From a virus (taxonomy: Duplodnaviria; Heunggongvirae; Uroviricota; Caudoviricetes): a stretch of 39,732 nucleotides of DNA. Made by a program: the position numbers and the translations under genes. The notes beneath the pieces are model-generated. The model made no database searches, was not told the DNA's origin, and saw nothing but the letters and a program-made list of their open reading frames with translations. This document shows positions 37,801 through 39,732 of this stretch, in pieces. Where the stretch lies: the IMG/VR virus record IMGVR_UViG_3300028955_000061, positions 1 through 39,732 of that record. One strand, given 5' to 3'. Positions within the stretch are counted from its first letter, which is position 1. The number at the start of each line of letters is the position of its first letter.

Positions 37801-38101
37801 CCCGCAATTTTTTGCTTTTGCAAAAGGGGCTGGTGTTTTTGGTGAGGCTGGACCGGAAGCTATTATGCCATTAACACGAACTTCCGATGGTTCTCTTGGT
37901 GTCAGAGCTATTAATAGTAAAAGTGGTAATGGAGGCGGAGATATTACCTATGCCCCTGTATACCAAATCACTATTCAAAATGACGGCCAGAATGGAGAGA
38001 TTGGCCCTCAGGCAATAAAAGCACTTATGGGGATGGTTGATCAGCGGGTGCAGGGCAATCTGTTAAATATGCGACGTGATGGGGGAATGTTAAGTGGCTA
38101 A
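34868..38101 (+). CDS. Tail tape measure protein, 1077 aa
   Basis: Very long coiled-coil-rich ORF with a Gly-rich C-terminus; CAGGAG ribosome-binding site; followed by M, L, K. Confidence 0.9.
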   Translation: MAEQTSRLAIIIDSTGAKNNADNLTSSLVKMTQAGETAANSAGKVTKATEDEKNALAKLKVAIDPVGAAIDTVGRRYSELKKFFDKGLIDKEEYEFLVRKLNETTEELSGVAQAQREAEKAGKLAAAQQEAQAQAFQRMLDKIDPLAAALRNLEQQHDELNAAFASGKINGSQFENYSRKIQETRRELTGEAQAEREAAKAHDEQVVALQRLIAQLDPVGTAFNRLVEQQKQLNEAKAKGMLSPEMYEELSGKLRAMRSELEVTQSQLSKTGMSAKQTAFAMRMLPAQMTDIVVGLSTGQSPFMVLMQQGGQLKDMFGGIGPAIKGVGSYVLGLVNPFTLAAAAVGVLGLAYYKGSQEQDEFNKSLILTGNQLGTTSGQLGDIAQRAGNAADSTTGAAAAVLNQLVRSGKVASSSLEQVTTAIVKTSEVTGISTEQLVNDFNEIAKDPVSAISKLNDQYHFLTLATYNQIKALQDEGNQQEAARIATEEYSSSMIQRTNQIKENLGYLETAWKAVADSAKWAWDSMLDIGRETSLDQKISDVLRQIDEIEKNTRPGVFGLGGIGDGGAQNKRLARLKQQLGVLQAEKIAQDVLNSSINDYNKRQQEGIELRQRADAFSKQYQTREQQRASELAKLEKLKNQYSKEEYNNLIAQINERYKDPKQPKAKGYSDDAAQRMIDHLNQQNALLSSQAELTVKLSSSEQELVKWRQRIADLESRPSTKLTQDQKSLLLHREEITALMEKNVAIEKNNRLIKESAEITAWRDSLQASIDNRQQGYDIQIAGYGVGDKNQQRQQELLRIEHGYNNQRLQLERDYADKSRGMSDHVFQEKMQALNDALEREKEIVRQKNEQLDIQAGDWVSGASQGFNNWLDDTKDISEQIKSTTTQMFDGMTDALGDFVTTGKANFRSFATSVISDLSRIALKASITGIFDSISNSSSGGILGTIGSAISKFIPNAKGGVYESPSLSTYSNGIYDSPQFFAFAKGAGVFGEAGPEAIMPLTRTSDGSLGVRAINSKSGNGGGDITYAPVYQITIQNDGQNGEIGPQAIKALMGMVDQRVQGNLLNMRRDGGMLSG

Positions 38102-38432
38102 TACGGAAGAATTTCACTGGTTACCAGAGGATGGAATGAAAACAGAAAATAAACCATCGATAAAAACTGTAAGATTTGGTGATGGTTATGAGCAACGAAG
38201 TCCAAATGGACTTAATCATTCTCTGCGCGTTTTCACCTGTGATTTCAAAGTTGAGGCGAATGAACGTGATTCATTTGAAAAATTTTTAGCCCGGCATGAA
38301 GGCTATAAATCTTTTTTTTGGCGCCCGCCGGGTATTAACAGAAAAATCAGAGTGGTGTGTCGAACGTGGTCAGCGACAGAACATATCACCTATACCGATT
38401 TTTCGTGTCAGTTTGACGAAGTGGTGATCTGA
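38094..38432 (+). CDS. M: Minor tail protein M (lambda M-like), 112 aa
   Basis: Motifs [10 protein letters not shown] and [16 protein letters not shown], and a ...QFDEVV C-terminus, match recalled lambda M. Confidence 0.9.
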   Translation: MANTEEFHWLPEDGMKTENKPSIKTVRFGDGYEQRSPNGLNHSLRVFTCDFKVEANERDSFEKFLARHEGYKSFFWRPPGINRKIRVVCRTWSATEHITYTDFSCQFDEVVI

Positions 38433-39130
38433 TGCAGGACATACGACAGGAAACACTGAATGAATGCATCCGTGTGGAGCAGACGGCCAGCGTGGTGCTC
38501 TGGGAAATTGATCTGACAGAGGTCGGTGGGGAGCGTTACTTTTTCTGCAATGAGCAGAATGAAAAAGGTGAACCGGTTACCTGGCAGGGGCGAAAGTATC
38601 AGGCGTACCCCATTCAGGGAAGCGGCTTTGAGATGAACGGTAAGGGCAGCAGCGCACGTCCCACACTTAAGGTATCTAACCTGTATGGCATGGTCACCGG
38701 GATGGCCGAAGACCTGCAGAGTCTGGTCGGCGGAACGGTGGTCAGGCGTAAGGTTTATGCCCGTTTTCTGGATGCGGTGAACTTCATCAACGGAAACAGC
38801 GAAGCCGATCCGGAGCAGGAGGTGATCAGCCGCTGGCGCATCGAGCAGTGCAGCGAACTGAGCGCGGTCAGTGCCTCCTTTGTACTGTCCACGCCGACGG
38901 AAACGGACGGCGCTGTTTTTCCGGGGCGCATCATGCTGGCCAACACCTGCACCTGGACCTATCGCGGTGATGAGTGCGGTTATCACGGTCCGGCGGTCGC
39001 GGATGAATATGACCAGCCGACATCCGAAATCACGAAGGATAAATGCAGCAAATGCCTGAGTGGCTGTAAGTTCCGCAATAATGTCGGCAACTTTGGCGGC
39101 TTCCTTTCCATTAACAAACTTTCGCAGTAA
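38432..39130 (+). CDS. L: Minor tail protein L (lambda L-like), 232 aa
   Basis: Translation resembles recalled lambda L (WEIDLTEVGGERYFFCNEQNEKGEPVTWQGRKYQAYPIQGSGFE...), with a C-terminal Cys cluster. Confidence 0.9.
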   Translation: MQDIRQETLNECIRVEQTASVVLWEIDLTEVGGERYFFCNEQNEKGEPVTWQGRKYQAYPIQGSGFEMNGKGSSARPTLKVSNLYGMVTGMAEDLQSLVGGTVVRRKVYARFLDAVNFINGNSEADPEQEVISRWRIEQCSELSAVSASFVLSTPTETDGAVFPGRIMLANTCTWTYRGDECGYHGPAVADEYDQPTSEITKDKCSKCLSGCKFRNNVGNFGGFLSINKLSQ

Positions 39131-39135
39131 ATCCC

Positions 39136-39732
39136 ATGACAGAGACAGAATCAGCGATTCTGGCGCACGCCCGGCGATGTGCGCCAGCGGAGTCGTGCGG
39201 CTTCGTGGTGAGAACATCGGAAGGGGAAAGATATTTTCCCTGCGTGAATATCTCCGGTGAGCCGGAGGATTATTTCCAGATGGCTCCGGAGGACTGGCTG
39301 CGGGCAGAGATGCAGGGTGAGATTGTGGCGCTGGTCCACAGCCACCCCGGTGGCCTGCCCTGGCTGAGTGAGGCTGACCGGCGGCTGCAGGTGCAGAGTG
39401 ATTTGCCATGGTGGCTGGTCTGCCGGGGGGCGATTCATAAATTCCGCTGTGTGCCGCATCTTACCGGGCGGCGCTTTGAGCACGGGGTGACGGATTGTTA
39501 CACGCTGTTCCGGGACGCTTACCATCTGGCGGGGATTGAGATGCCGGATTTTCATCGCGAGGATGACTGGTGGCGTAACGGCCAGAATCTCTATCTGGAT
39601 AATCTGGAGGCCACAGGGCTGTATCAGGTGCCGTTGTCATCAGCACAACCGGGTGATGTGCTGCTGTGCTGTTTTGGTTCATCGGTGCCGAATCATGCCG
39701 CCATTTACTGTGGTGACGGCGAGCTGCTGCAC
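39136..39732 (+). CDS. K: Tail tip assembly protein K (lambda K-like), 3'-truncated by the window edge
   Basis: Translation ...HARRCAPAESCGFVV...VALVHSHPGGLPWLSEADRRLQ... matches recalled lambda K; absent from the ORF track because no stop lies within the window. Confidence 0.9.
   Translation, partial: MTETESAILAHARRCAPAESCGFVVRTSEGERYFPCVNISGEPEDYFQMAPEDWLRAEMQGEIVALVHSHPGGLPWLSEADRRLQVQSDLPWWLVCRGAIHKFRCVPHLTGRRFEHGVTDCYTLFRDAYHLAGIEMPDFHREDDWWRNGQNLYLDNLEATGLYQVPLSSAQPGDVLLCCFGSSVPNHAAIYCGDGELLH

Larger units (their letters stand above)
1..39732. mobile_element. Rac-like lambdoid prophage, apparently intact (integration, recombination, immunity, replication, nin/Q, lysis, head and tail modules); neither attachment site is visible in the window
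   Basis: Gene order int-xis-ydaC-lar-recT-recE-racC-ydaE-kilR-sieB-racR-ydaS-ydaT-ydaU-ydaV-ydaW-...-trkG-ynaK matches recalled E. coli K-12 Rac synteny, with additional Q/lysis/head/tail genes that K-12 Rac lacks. Confidence 0.85.

Noticed and set aside
38408-39682. Long minus-strand ORFs (333, 134 and 73 aa) overlapping tail genes L and K
   Set aside because: They are antisense to strongly supported lambda-like L and K genes, and their Ala/Pro/Arg/Gly-rich translations are typical of spurious antisense frames in GC-rich coding DNA
1-39732. Search for tRNA, rRNA and CRISPR arrays
   Set aside because: No T-loop-like GTTCGAATC/GTTCAAATC motifs in intergenic regions, no rRNA-like segments, and no regularly spaced direct repeats with spacers were seen by eye; tRNAscan or equivalent was not run

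Overview
This window is an apparently intact Rac-like lambdoid prophage of Escherichia coli, read from the integrase at the left edge to a 3'-truncated tail gene K at the right edge. Gene identifications rest on reading the six-frame translations and recalling known protein families; no searches were run. Coordinates of features not in the ORF track are hand-counted and may be off by 1-2 bp. Leftward early operon (minus strand): intR, xis, ydaC, lar/ralR, recT, recE, racC, ydaE, kilR. Then sieB, the racR immunity region (PL-like and PR-like promoters built on identical 24-bp operator copies flanking racR), and the replication genes ydaS, ydaT, ydaU (with iteron-like repeats), ydaV, ydaW. A nin-like region follows with chained small ORFs, a hok-family type I toxin, a DUF968/HNH-like protein, rusA and a lambda-Q-family antiterminator with a PR'-like promoter and terminator. 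Immediately downstream of Q, in the position occupied by stx in Stx phages, sits a low-GC two-gene cassette: a 346-aa soluble protein translationally coupled to a 169-aa four-helix membrane protein. I rank this as the best candidate for an undescribed defence or abortive-infection module. After it come a pinholin, two unassigned convergent genes, a SAR endolysin, Rz/Rz1 (containing a 14-nt N run), the trkG moron, a ParB-like/YdaY-like pair, and a complete head and siphovirus tail module (terminase, portal, capsid, G/GT frameshift chaperone, tape measure, M, L, K). No tRNA, rRNA or CRISPR array was found.
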